In this document: positions 49,561-64,000 of the stretch, in pieces | How positions within the stretch are numbered: the first letter of the stretch is position 1 | How the letters are laid out: every line of letters begins with the position of its first letter | Origin: the human T2T-CHM13v2.0 reference genome, Homo sapiens | NCBI RefSeq assembly: GCF_009914755.1 | Contig: NC_060932.1 | Length of the DNA stretch: 64,000 nucleotides | Reading direction: 5' to 3' (one strand) | Notes under the pieces: generated by a model | The model's input: only the letters and a program-made list of their open reading frames with translations | What the model was told of the DNA's origin: nothing | Databases searched by the model: none | Translations under genes and position numbers: made by a program

Positions 49561-52500
49561 CTGTAGTAATGTATCCGTAATAATAAGTGTATACATCAGG
49601 CAAGATGAAGTATAGAAAAGTGTGTGGGAATATATAGACATCCTTCTGGTGTCTAGCAAAGTTGTTAAATTTGTAGTTTGCACATCCATAAAGCCAGAGG
49701 AATTTTCTAGAGATTTCGATATAAATAACTTTTCATGTCTTTCTTCAGTGAAAAAATCTTTTTGGTGTTTGGTGTTCAAAAAGTCTTTTTGGCATTCACT
49801 TCGGGCAGGATGAAAACTGTTCTTGCTCTTAGAAACTGAGCAACCTGGAACAGATGATTGGCCTGTTTCATACTTTTAGTTCCAGGAAAATTTAACTTCA
49901 CTTGAAAATGGAAAAGTTTGTGGAAAAGTCTGAGAGCAGCTTTTTATCACAGAGTGTTTGTAGAGAGTCTGAGAACAGATACATTTTGTTTCTCCTGATT
50001 CTCTCCTTATTGATCACGCAGTTTAGACAAAAGTCCTTATCAAAGTTTCTATTAAATTGTAATGATTTTCTTCAACAATATGCAATGAAGAACTGAAGGA
50101 GAGCTTCATGAGAGCTCGGTGCCTATTAGTCCACACTCCTTCTCTACTAGTGAGGCATCCCATATCAGAGATATTAATAACATTGTCTGCCAGTTCCTTT
50201 TAAGGGAGGACACTACCCTAAGGTAAAAGGTAAAATTTATAAAATACATATATTAAGGCATTCAGTTTCATTGACACACACACACAATCTGGTGTATTTC
50301 CTGTACCATGGAGTGTTCCCTTACACCCCTTGGAAGTTAATCCCCTTTACTCCTCCTCCCCAACTACCAGGCAAATACTTTCTGATTCTATCTCCATCTA
50401 TTTGTTTTGCCTGTGTTTGGATTTGGTGATATGGAATGATGAAGTATATATTCTTTGTATAAGACTTTTTTTTCCACTCCACAGAATGTTTTTGAAATTA
50501 ATGTTATTTCTGATATCCACAACCTATTCCTTTTTATTGCTTATTGGCTGGCTGAAATATTATTCTTTTGTAAACTGTCTGCCCAAGTCTTTTGTCAATT
50601 ACCTTATTTATTTTTTACTGGTAATCTTTAGAAGTTATTTACATATTTTGGACACAAATTTTTATCAGATATAAATATTGTGAATATATTTTCAGAGTGA
50701 GTGGCTTGTGTATTTATTACTTTGATGGTACATTTTGATAACCACAAATTTAAAATTGTATCAAGTCTGACTTATCAATTATTTATTATAATACTAGAGA
50801 ATTTGGGTCTAGTGTAAGTAATCTTTGTCTACCCTGAGAGTGAGAAGATATTGTCTGTGTTTTCTTTGAAAAGTTATATGGTTCTAACTTTCAACATTAT
50901 GCCTACGATACAACTCTATTCAGCTTTATGAATGGAACGAGGTATGGTTCAAGGTATATATAGATATTTAAATCAGGTTTATTATGGTATAGTTTACATG
51001 AAATAAAATTCATCATTTTGAAGTATACTTGATAAGTTTTGACAAAAGGGTACAATTCTGTAACTTCTACCACAATTGAGGTACAGAACATATTTATCAA
51101 CTCAAAGTTTTCTAGTGCTCCTTTTCAATCAATTGCTTTTATTTCAAATGCTGATGTGTCTCTGTCCCTTTAGTTTTGCTCTTTCTACAATGTCATATAA
51201 ATGAAATCATACAACATATAGTCTTTTCTGTCTGATTTCTTTCATGTACCACAATGCATTTGACATTCCTTCATACCATTGCATGGATCAGCAGTTCATT
51301 CTTTTTATTGCTGAGTAGAATTTGAATGCACGGGTTTACCACAATTTTTTTTATTCATTCACCAATTGATGGATATTTGGGTTGCTTTTAATTTTTGCCT
51401 ATTGTGAATGAGCTTCTATGAACATTTGTGTGTGGGTCTTTTGTGGATTTATGTTTCCATTTCTCTACATGAATCATATGGAAATTGTATGTTACATTAA
51501 TAAGAAACTGGCCAGCTGTTTTCCAAAAGTGACTGCATCATTTTGCCTTTCTATCAGCAATATATGAGAGTTACTCACATCATCCCTGATACTTGGTATT
51601 TCTTAGTCTTTTTAAATGTTAGCCATTCTAGTAGGTATGCAGTGATATCTCACTGTGGCTGTAATTTGCATTCTAATAATGAGTATCTTTTTATGTATTT
51701 ATTGGCCATTTGTATAGCTCCTTCAGTGAAATCTCTGTACAAATATTATTTTTAAATTCTACTTGGATTGTCATCTTATTATTGAGTTAGAAGAATTCTT
51801 TACATAATTTGGATGTGTGTTTTATCAGTTATGTATTTTGTAAATATTTTTGCCCAATCTCTGTGCGTGTATTTTTTATTATGAATGAGTGTTGAAGTTT
51901 GTCAAATCCCTTTTTAGTGCATTAAATGGAATAATCATGTGCTTTTTCCTTTCTATCCTGCTGAAATGGTAACTCACATTGTTTGATTTTTGAATATTGA
52001 ACAAACTTTGCATTCTTGGGATAAGCATTATCACTTGATAAAATAATATTTGCATACATTGCTGGATTCTATTTGCTAGAATTTTGTTGAAGATTTTACA
52101 TCTACGTTCATGAAGGCTACTGGCCTATAGTTTAATTTTCTTATAATGTCTTTTTCTGGTTTCAGTATCAGTGTGATGCTACCTTCATAAAATAATTTAA
52201 GTACTATTTACTTCCCTTCTATTTTCTGGAAGATTTTGTGTAGGATCAGTATTATTTCTTCCTTAAATGTTTGGTAGAATTTATCAATGAAGTCATCTTG
52301 TCAGGAGTTTTCTTTGAGAGAAGGTTTTTAACTACAAACTAAATTTAATAATACGGACTGTTCCGGTTACCTATTTCTTCACATGTGAGCTTTAGTACTT
52401 TGTGTCTTTCAAAAAAATGTATTCTTTTCATCTAAGCTACAGAATACATTGACATAAAGTTGATTGTAGGATTCCTTTGTTATCTTTTAATGTCCATAGA

Positions 52501-52736
52501 ATCTAAAATGGGATATCTTTCTTCCAGGTAGGGTAATTTGAGTCCTCTCTTTTTTCCTTTCTGGCTAGAGGTTTATAATTTTATTGATCACATCAGTGAA
52601 TCAGTTTTTAATGTCATTTATTTCCTCTAGTGCTTCTTTCACTTTTCCATTTCATTGATTTCTACTCTTTGTCATTCTTCTTTTTCTGCTTATTTTGGGA
52701 TTAATTTTTCTAGTTTCTTAAGACAATAGCTTAAAT

Positions 52737-53257
<521 letters not shown>

Positions 53258-56200
53258 TCATTGATTTATGATGTTTTGTCTTGTTTAATATAAGCATTTA
53301 AAACTACAACTTTCCCATGAATCACTGTTTGAACAGCATCTCACAACTTTGTTATGTTGTGGGTTTTTTCCCCATTCAGACAAAACTTCAATTTCTTTTG
53401 TGATTTCTTCTTTGCTCCAGGGGTTATTAAGTGTTGCCTAATTTCCAAATGTTTACATAGATATTCCCTCCACCCCTTTTTCTCATTACTGATTTTTAGA
53501 TGAACACTGTTGTGGTCAAAAAGCATATTTTATATTATTTCAGTCCTTTTAAGTGTATTGAAAGTTATTTAAGATCCAAAATAAATGTTGTCTGGGTAGA
53601 TATTTTATTTACACTTGAAACTAATTTGTATTCTTCTGTCTTCAGGTGTTTTATGTATGTTAATTATAGAGATTCTTTTTTATACAGATATTCTGTTTTT
53701 CTTTTAAAAAAAAACTTTGTTGAAATATATCCTTTTTTTCCATCTAGTTGACAAAGTGCCTTGGCCAAAATTCAATACACTCAATATCTGCGAGTTAAAT
53801 TTTGAACTCTTTAATCTGTTTTTTGTATAAGTTTTCTGTCTTTACATTAGTCTCATGCTCTTTTTATTACTATAGCAAGCACTGATAACAGGTGGTGTGT
53901 ATTCTAGTATTACTTCAAAAATATTTTTTGACTATTCCAGATCCTTTGAAACTCCATCTTAATTTAGAAATGCCTATCTCTTTTTTCAGAAGTATCTGCT
54001 TGAAATTTGTTTAGAATTACATTAAATCTGTAGATCAATTCTGGAAGGACAAATATTTTTTAACAATATTGAATCTTTCAATCCATGAATATAGTATATT
54101 TAGGCTTTCTGTAATTTCTCTCAAAGATGTTTTATTGTTTTTAATGTAAGAGTTTTACATAACTTTTTAAGGGATTTATTTCTAGGCACTTGACAGGTTT
54201 TGATACTCTTGTAAATGGATTTTTAAAAATTATTTTCCAATTATTTATTGCTAGTATATAGAAGTGCTACTTATTTTTTAATATATTGACTTTTTAGCAT
54301 GTATTTTTGCTAAATTCACTTGCTAATTCTAGTATTTTTTTTACATTGTAGATATCATAGGGTTTCTACATACGCAATCAGAATTTTAGTTATTCTTTAC
54401 CAATTTGTATAACTTTATTTCTTATTCTTTCTTTATGAAGTGGCTAGAAGGCTAGAAGTTCCAGTACAATATTAGATTAACATATGAAGAAGCAGTGAAA
54501 GGGGACATCCTTGTCTTGTTCTAAATCTTAGAGGGAAAGCATTCAATATTTCACCAATATGGAGGAGGTTACTAAAGGCTTTTTTTCTTTAAGAAATCAA
54601 ATATCAGTTTTAGAAAATTCTCTTTATTTCTAGTATACTGAGAGTTTTATCACAAATAAATTATAATTTTTATCAAATACATTTCTGCATTTATTAAGAT
54701 TATCTTTTTTCTATTATTCTGTGTATGTAGTAATTGATTGATTTGGATATTAAACCAACCTTGCATTTTTTAATTAGATTCCACTTACTCATTATAGGTC
54801 CATTTTTAATATATTGCCAGATTTGGTTTACTGATGTTTTCTTAAGGGTTTTTTGTGTCTATGTTCATGATGAATATTGACCTGTAATTTTCTTATAATG
54901 CCTGTACATTTTAAAAGTTAGGATTTCACTAGCCTCATAAAAAGTATAATTGGAATTATTTGTTCCTTTTCTGTCTACTGAAAGCATATATGTATTAGTC
55001 ATATTATTTCTTCCTTAAATGTTTAACTGACTTCACCAGTGAAACCATTTAGTCTTGAAACTGTTATTTTGTTTTTATTTTGTTTGTCTTTGATGGAAAA
55101 GCTTTTCATAATGAATTTAATTTTTTTACTAGATATATGAAAAATCAGATTTTTTGTTTATTCTTTTGCCTGCTTTATGTTTTAAGAAATTGAGCATATC
55201 ATCAAAATTCTTGAATTTATTTACATAAAATTGTTCATACTATCATTTATTACATTTTAAGTATCTTTAGGATCTGTAATATTTTTTCCTCCTTGATATT
55301 GGTAAATTGTTTCTTTTTTGATCAATCTTACTAGGGGTTTATCAGCTTTACTCATTGTCTCAAAGCACACTTTTTTGGCTTGTTGATTTTGTCTGTTGTC
55401 TCTTTCCTACCTCATTAATTTCAGTTTTTGTCTTTATTATTTTCTTTCTGCTATGTATGTTTGCTTTTTTGTGCACTCCTGTTTCTAGTTACTTAAAGTG
55501 AGATCTTAGGTTATGTATGTATTTGAGAAGTTTCTTCTTATCAAATATAAGCATTTAAAATTGCAAATTTCCCTTTAAATAATGATTGATCTATATCCCA
55601 TAGATTTTTATATATGGTCTTTTTAATAATACCTAATATAAAATCTTTTGTAATTACTCTAGTTTGACCCATGGGTTTTTCTGTTGTTTTGTTTTGATTT
55701 TTTTTTCTTGTTGGTATATTTGCTTTTTAGAAGTGAGTTCAAATACTAAGATATTTTCTAGATGTATAACTCATTGATTTGTAGTTTAGTTTCATTGTAA
55801 TCAGAGTCACACGTTGTATATGATTTCATTTCATTTCTTTTTGATTCACTGAGGTTTATTATATTGCCCAGTATGTGATCCATCTTGGTAAATGTCCATG
55901 CATATTTGAAAATGATGTGTATTCTGCTATTGTTGGGTGAGATTTTCTATAAATGTCAAATGGATCAGGTTGACTATTTGTGTTGTTTAAATTTTCTAAA
56001 GCTTTAATGATTTTTGTCTACTTGTTTTGTCAATTACTGAGAAATATTTGCTAAAATCTCCAGTCATGATTGGAATTTGTCTGTCTCTTTCTCCCCTCTC
56101 ACAAGTTTTGTTTCACATATTTTAAAGTTGTAATATGAGATTACTATATACTTCAGTTTACAATATTTGATAAATTGATTCTTTTGTCATCATGATATGT

Positions 56201-58051
56201 ATGTCTTCATTTGGTAATATTCTTTTTCTTGACATATAATTTATTTGACATTGGCATGGTCATATCAGCTTTCTTATGTTGAGAGTTGCATGTTACATCT
56301 TTTCCTATATTTTCACGTGTGGCTTATTTGTATCTTTATTTTTAAAGTAGTTTTATGAAAAGAGCATATTCTGAGGTCTAATTTTCTAATTCAGTTTGAC
56401 AATTCTTGCCTTTTAATTAGAATGTTTGACTCATTACATTTAAAATCATTAATGATATTAATAAATTTAATCTTAAGCTCTGAGTAGTTTTCCCTTTTAT
56501 CATATATGTTTTCTTTTTCTTTTTCTTCTTTCTAACCTATTATTTAATGAACTGAAGGTTTTTTCAAAGTTTTTGGTTTGTTTTTAGTATTCTATTTTAT
56601 CATTTCTATTGGCTCTTTAACTATATCCCAATATTTTTTAAGTTGATATGCTAGACACTAAAATATGAATATCTAAATATCTAAATTGATTAAGATACCC
56701 TTGGCTATATTAATGTATTATTCTACTTCATAAACAATATTACAAATTCATACCAGTTGAATTCAGTTTACTCAACACAATCTTTGTGCCCTTGTCATAT
56801 ATTTTACTTTGACATCTGCTATGAACAGTGTAATACATTTTCATTATTTTGCTTGAAGTAGTCAACAGATTTTTTTATTGCCCATATATTTGTTTTTTCT
56901 ATCTGTATGTCTTGTCCTCCAAAGAGTCAATGTTTTAATATTTACCTTCAGCCTGATACAAATTCCTGTATATTTGTCTATCTAAATATTTTTATATTGT
57001 CTTCAAATTTTAAAGAAGAATTATGATACATATAGAGTTAAAGGTTAACAAGGTTTTTTCTTTTATCATGCTTGATCTTATTCTCAAAATATTTGAAGTT
57101 AGTGATGAACTGAATCTAAGTAGAATTGCAAGAAAATTCAGACTCAGATCAATTACAGATTAGAGTGACTCAACCATCAACCCTAACAATCAGACAGAAG
57201 ATATGTAGAGGTTAAAAAAAAGACAAAGAAAAAAACAACAAACAAACAAACAAAAATGTGGGAAAATGAATAAAGCCTCCAAGCTCCATGAGGAGGTGTC
57301 AAATGGTCTAACATACATGTAAGTGGAACCCCAGATGTCCTTTAGAAGAGAGTTTAAGAATGAATGAGGATTCATCCTGTCTGTGACTCCTTGGGCTTCT
57401 AATCCACTGTTGGATCCATTATCAACTTTCTGTCTCTGAAGACCAAAGAAAGCAAATAAAATAGCAGTAGGTACAAGCAAAAAATATTTGTAACAGAAAC
57501 TTATTGTTCTGTCTTGCAACACAAGGTGTGAGACATTCCCATAAGTTATTACTTGAACGCTTTGGATGTATGGCTCTAGAATCTAGCCATGCCACATTAG
57601 GTAGAGGGCAAGGAAGATAATATCTAAAGACACATGTAGCATTTATCTGAGTTACCTGGAAATACTATACAGTCTTTCATGAAGACAGTGTAGTTAGCAT
57701 AGTTGAAAAAAATGTGGAGACACAATGTTTCTGGTAATAGAAGGCCTAGTAATTATGCATAACTTTGTTATTGAGCAAATTTCAATACAATAGCAACTAA
57801 TAAGAATCATCCCCTGCTTAGGTAGGCATAGACTTTGCCCTTCTGGCTGTCTTAAGATATCTATTTTCAGACTTCCAGGTATATTTTTTTTCAAACTATA
57901 GATACAGTAAGAATCCCTTGAGCATTATTCTCTTGCAATAAAACAGTTTGTAACTAAAGATAATTTCCCATAACCTTCCTTTGAACATTGTTATCAAACT
58001 TGACAGTAATTCCTACTCCTATAACTTCTAGGGAAATTCTTTAAAACAATT

Positions 58052-58214
58052 ATGATTTCGATTTGTGTTACTCTGATAATAGTGATGTTGAACATTTTTT
58101 CATATGGTCGTTGGCTGCTGCTTTGTACCCCAAACATCAGTGCAACACAGTATACTCATGTAACAAATCTGCACGTGTACCCATGAATCTAAAAGTTGAA
58201 ATTATTTTTTTAAA
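58052..58214 (+). mobile_element. Very short L1 (L1PA15/16-like) with inverted 5' piece
   Basis: Antisense L1 text (tagtgatgttgaacattttttcatat) joined to a sense 3' end (catgtaacaaatctgcacgtgtaccc..gaatctaaaagttgaa). Confidence 0.75.
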
Positions 58215-60859
58215 TGCTGAACAGTTCCCCATCCCCTAGTTTAATAAAGAATTTAGAGTAAAACAATTGGAAACTATCATAATGTCATGATTATAAATAG
58301 ATGCATAAGTTAAGTAGAAATGGATGTGATTTTGAAGATGAACAAACAATTTTTAAAGTAACCCCAAAACTTGAGGGTTAAGTTCATACAGTTTTGACTT
58401 TTCATGATCACCCACTACCATCTTATTTTTTTATTTTCATATTCCCAGGCAATATTATTTCTGCAGAGGCAACATTATGTGAAGAATCTTATCTTGTAAA
58501 ATAAGATTCTTCTAAACATTTTATCTGAATGAGCTTATAAAAAGGGTTATTGAAGAAGAATTTAAAGACAGCCAAGTATCAATAATCTGGAATCGTGAGA
58601 TATTTAGGCTCACTTGGGAGTATATTTGATGCTAACAGCTTAATCTGTGACTACTCAATGTCTCAGCTCAGTTTCCTTTTTTCCGTATCTAGAGTGGTGA
58701 AAGTCTTTACTCAAGTAGGTTTTTAAGGCAAAATGTAGCATATTTGCTTGATCCGATTAATATTTAAATTGGAATTCCAGAAAGACATTTTCCAAAATGG
58801 CTATGTAAAAGAGGTATGAGGTCTAATAGTTACCTTTATAAGTGAATTCCTGGAGCTTCAGAAACCTGAGTGTCTTTGCTACACTCAGTTCCATCATTCC
58901 TCTGCTGATAACATACAAGAAGAGAGATAAAAAGGCATTTTTAATATAATCCATTTGGATGTTACCATATAAAAGATAAATTTTATGACAACTATGAGGC
59001 TTCAGGCCAGAATCCCTATTGGGACTTATATACTGCTTCCCAGCTGCAGAACTCAAACTGGACATAAACATGGGTTTCTGAATTAAGGGTCTGGAGAGCT
59101 ACAGGCTCAGAACTACACAGTCCTCTTTGGCCTTGGTGTCACTGTTTTACCATGAAGTGAGGGAGGTATTTCTGCAGCGTAGGGCTTTCTGAGGCTACCT
59201 TATGCTTCAAATGAAAATGCTGGTTTGTTGATGCTATGTCAAATCATATCTGCAGAATCCTGGGCTCAGAACTTGCCAGCAGCAAATCAATGCCACCCTG
59301 CTTAGGGAGAACCTCCTCATGGTATAAGATACTTTCCTTTTTTCTTCCATAATGAATAGAATAAGCAAAATATGTCTTTACCTTGACTAGAAAATCCAAA
59401 CGTAATTAGCAACCATGTTTATCTTTACATCATTTAAAGCATCATTGATATCAGTGAATTTTTCATAAATATGAGTTCTGGTGCTGTTGAAACATTTTTC
59501 ATGATAATTAGCAGCCTTAGCAAAAAAGAGACTTAGACGGTCTTTAGGAGTAATCCTGCATTTACTGTAACTGTGAGGAATGAGAAATCTGTTCAAATGA
59601 TATTGCTAGAAGATTTCTAAGTAAAAGCCTTAGGGAAGTTTATATAACTAAATATTTATATCTGAAAATTGAGTTTTCCCTTTACTGAAAAAGAAAACTT
59701 TTCATACTCAAAAATATTTTGAAAAAAGTCCACTTCACTGAAAAGTGGTGACACAATTATTGAAATAATATATACCTCCTTTCTAAATCGATACAAATAA
59801 TATCAACTTCCTTTATAAATTAGTACAAATGTAAACAAAGATCTCTTTTCTTTGTTTACCCATGGATTTTGAAACTGTTAATATTAACCTAATAGAGTGC
59901 TTATGTTTAGTAACTATGACTCAGTAAAGATATGTAAATATAGTTTATTCAAATAGTTAACTTATTTAGAACTAATTTGATTATAAATTTTCCTTGAACA
60001 GTCATTCCAGTTGTGTTTTAAATAATCTGTTTCATTAAAGATATTTTCAAGTTTCCTATAGTTATTCAAGACACAGACTTTAAGGTCATTATACAAATTA
60101 TTTCTAGTTAATGCAAGTTTTTATAAATGTTTTCCCATGAAAGGGTTTCTAAATAACTGCAAAAACCTAGATTGTAAAAAAGACCCACAAAAGAAAAAGG
60201 TAGGTGTGGGGGTGGTGGGAGGAGTTCTTATCAGAGTGAAGAGCATTGGATCAAAAGATCCGGGCTTGGGGCAAGCATCTTGGCAGGCTACTCTGCTCAC
60301 TCGCCTCTGGATGGATTCTGGTTTCTCCATTTACCTCTTAGGTATGATACCAAGAACTGCATGAAGCACACCTTTGAGGGCATACAGGTCCTGTGAATCT
60401 TGAGAGGCAGCATCACACAGTGTTAGAGGGTTAATTTCATTCATGAAATTGAAATCTACCAGTTCCAGTACTCAACCCACAAACAACCCGTGGGTCCCCA
60501 AATGTCTCCCTTACACTACATTTATTTCTTTATTTGGTTAGATCCTTGAAGTAAAGCAAAGACTCATCACAAATGAATACTTTGTGAACTGTCGTTGTTG
60601 TTGTGGTGGTGGTGGTTGTAATCAACACAATCTTCTGGAGAGAGGAATTGCCTGAATCAGAAACAAACTCTCCTGATTTTGAGTAAGAGTTTACAAGAAT
60701 TTGTATTGCTTCCTTTAGTTATCTTTACGTAGATAATAATGAGCTTATCATTGGAATGTTTGTTGTTTGCCTTTTTATTTAAAAGCACCTCAAGAATCTT
60801 ACTTTGGAGAAAGAAGATAAAAACCCATTAAAATTCTCACACGATGCATCTGCTCCACT

Positions 60860-61185
60860 TGGGCTTGTACTTCAGGGCCTTTGCACTTCCTCTCCCTCTT
60901 CCTGGAAGTGTTGATCCAGGTATCCCCATGGGTGCTCCCTGCATGTCTTAAAATCTTTATTCAAATCTCATCTCATTACTCAGGCACTCCCTGATGACAT
61001 TCTAAAGAGTACCCCATCTGTCTTTTTCCTTCCACGCTGCTTTGTTTTGCTCTAAAGCACTTGCCCCTCTCTTATATTATGTTATGCATCTGTTTCTGTG
61101 TGGTAAGAGTCTATTTCTGTCATTGAAATTGAAGTTACATGAAGTCTGAGACTTCTTTATTTTTCATTTGTTGAATTAATAACTG
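60860..61185 (+). mobile_element. L2 3' fragment
   Basis: cagggcctttgcacttcctctccctcttcctggaa...tttgttgaattaat. Confidence 0.65.
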
Positions 61186-61349
61186 ATGGGAAAAGCACCA
61201 CATATATTTGTACTTATATACAAGAAATTTAAAGTTTTGGATTGTATAATTCCATTTAGGAATAACATAAAGTATACTTTTAAGTAACAGGTTGATTTTC
61301 TCAAACAGTGGCCATTCAGGCGCCTTCTTTTTAAAACTGCATGTTCTGA

Positions 61350-61817
<468 letters not shown>

Positions 61818-61849
61818 TAGCCCTGCCTTTTAATTTACTCGAGTCTGCT

Positions 61850-64000
61850 TTTGGGATTCATCCATGATGTCACGTGTATCAGCAGTTTGTTCCCCATTTT
61901 TGAGATTCATTCACCATGTGACATGTATCTACTGATATAGCAGAGTAGTGTTCTATTGTATGGATATGTAATATCTTTTTCTGCATTTACCTGTAGATAG
62001 AACTTTGAAATGTTCCCAATTTGGGGCTACTATGGAGAGAGTTATAATGGACCTTTACACATGAATTTTTATGTGGGCATATGTTTATTTCTTTTAAGTA
62101 AATACTTAGGAGTGGGACTGCTGGTTAATATGGCAAGTGTGTGTTTAAACACTTTCAGTGTTTTCGAAGTGGCTATACCTTTTGACATTCCCATCTGCAA
62201 TGGCTGAGAGTTTCTATCACTTCAGGCTTGGTATTGTGGTATCACATTTTGGTTTTAATTTTGATTTCTCTGACAACTAATAATGTTGAGCATTGCTTTT
62301 AATTTTCAAAAGTTATGGTATTAAATACACAAAGTAAAATTCACTTTTTGATGCACATTTCTATGAATTTTGATAGATGCATAGGGTCATGTAACCACTG
62401 CCACAATTAAAGTACAGAATGGTTCCATCTCCCCCTCATGCACACATTTCTCTCATGCTGTCCCTTCATAATCAAATCCTCTCCTACATTTACAGTTAAT
62501 GTAATTATGAATACTGTTGGGCTACATAAACCATCTTTTACTTGTTTTCTATTTTTTCCTTGTGCTCTTTGTTATTTTTCCTTTTTTATCCTTTTATGGA
62601 CTAATTTAGTATTATCTAATATTCAATTTTATCTCCATGATTGACCTATTAGTTTTATATCTTCACTGTATTTTTTTAGTGGCTGTTCTGGGATTTACAA
62701 CATGTGTCTTTAATTTATCACAGTCTACTTTCAACTAATGTCAGAATCATTCACATATAAATTAAGAACATCCTAAGAGGAGATTTACATTTCTTTCCTC
62801 CCATTCTCTTACCTGTATTTCCATGTATTTTATTTCTAAATGTTTTAAATCCCACAACACATTAATACTTTTTCAAATAGTAAACTGTCTTTAAAATTTT
62901 AAATTATTGAGGTATAATTTGCAAAACATTCGATCTTCTTTTAAAGAGACAAAAATACATATAGGACAATATTTTCTATTTACCCACATACACACCATTT
63001 CCAGTGTTCTTCATTCCTTTGCACAGATCTTAATCTCCATTTGGTATCATTTTTTTTTCTTTCTGAAGAACTTTCTCGGCTGTTGTAAAACATTCCTTGG
63101 CTTTTATTTGCCTCAAATGTCTTTATTACACCCTCAGATTTATTAAGAAAAATATTATTAGAAATGAATGTGGGATTAACAGTATGTTTTTCTTTACACT
63201 TACTCAGTTTGAGTTTTCTTGCATCTGTGAATTTACAGTTTTCCTCATGTTTGAAAAGTTTTCAACAATTATTTCTTCAGGACCTTTTTCTGTCTCCCTT
63301 CCTCCCTCTCACCTCTTCTTCTGAGACTTTAATTACATGTATTTGAGGCTGCCCAATACTTGCCCAAAGGTCACTGAGACTTTTTCATTCCTTTCTAGTC
63401 TTTTTTCTTCTGTGCATAATGTTGGAAAGTTTCTATTGCTATGTTCTCAAATTCACTGATTTTTTTCTTCCACAATGTCAAATCTGTTAATCTTATCCAG
63501 TAAATATTTTACTTTATACCTTTAGTTTTTCGTCTTTAGATGTTTCATTTTCAAATATCCTTAATATGGTGATGTTTTACTGCAAATCTTGGAGCAAATT
63601 TATAGGATTTGTAGTTGCTGTTCTGAAGTTATTCCTTGACACCTCTATTGTTTCCGTCATTCCTTACTCATTTTCCTACTGCTTGTGGATTATAATTTGC
63701 TTATTATTTGCATGTGAAGTATTTTTTGATTGAGTGGGAAACATTGCATACATCCCATTATTAAATGTTTAGATTTTGTTGTTTTACTTTTAAAATGTAG
63801 TTTTCTTTTGGAGAGGCAATTAAGTTTCCTCTGCATTATATTGTTACTTTTGGAAGATTATTTTTAAACTGTGTTAGTGTAGTTTTAGAATATCCTTATG
63901 TCTACAGCTAATTTAGCCCTAGTACTAAGATATGACCCTTCTAGTAGTTCCACTGATCTTCCCAGGTTTTCAGCAAGCTCTTTTTACTCTGGCTGGACAG
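61850..64000 (-). mobile_element. Old L1M/L1ME fragments
   Basis: Antisense L1 3' UTR text (tgtaaccactgccacaattaaagtacagaa) and L1 5'/ORF1-like text (tttgaaaagttttcaacaattatttcttca). Confidence 0.65.

Overview
This is AT-rich, CpG-poor catarrhine primate genomic DNA, probably human or ape, and it looks intergenic or deep-intronic. I recognise no cellular protein-coding gene, RNA gene or CRISPR array. The dominant feature is a 7.3-kb minus-strand HERV9/ERV9 provirus (6830-14153) with two LTR12-family LTRs, a 4-bp CAAC target-site duplication (TSD), a degenerate tRNA-Arg PBS, a PPT, and decayed gag and pro-RT-RNaseH. Its integrase and most of env SU are replaced by a ~195-bp GA-rich tract joined to a 3' env remnant. 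The rest is a mosaic of L1, L2, MIR, Alu/FLAM, MaLR and ERV1/ERVL solo LTRs, and DNA transposon fossils (Tigger4b, Charlie1a, MER58). Most ORFs in the supplied track are repeat-derived or chance ORFs. I found no convincing undescribed biological system. The best leads are the CCAAT-repeat differences between the two proviral LTRs, the GA-tract/env junction, a tiny inverted L1 with a possible 3' transduction (58043-58268), and candidate minus-strand exons (59382-59570, 20085-20217). Repeat subfamily names come from my recall of consensus sequences and need RepeatMasker/Dfam confirmation. Boundaries of old repeats are approximate.
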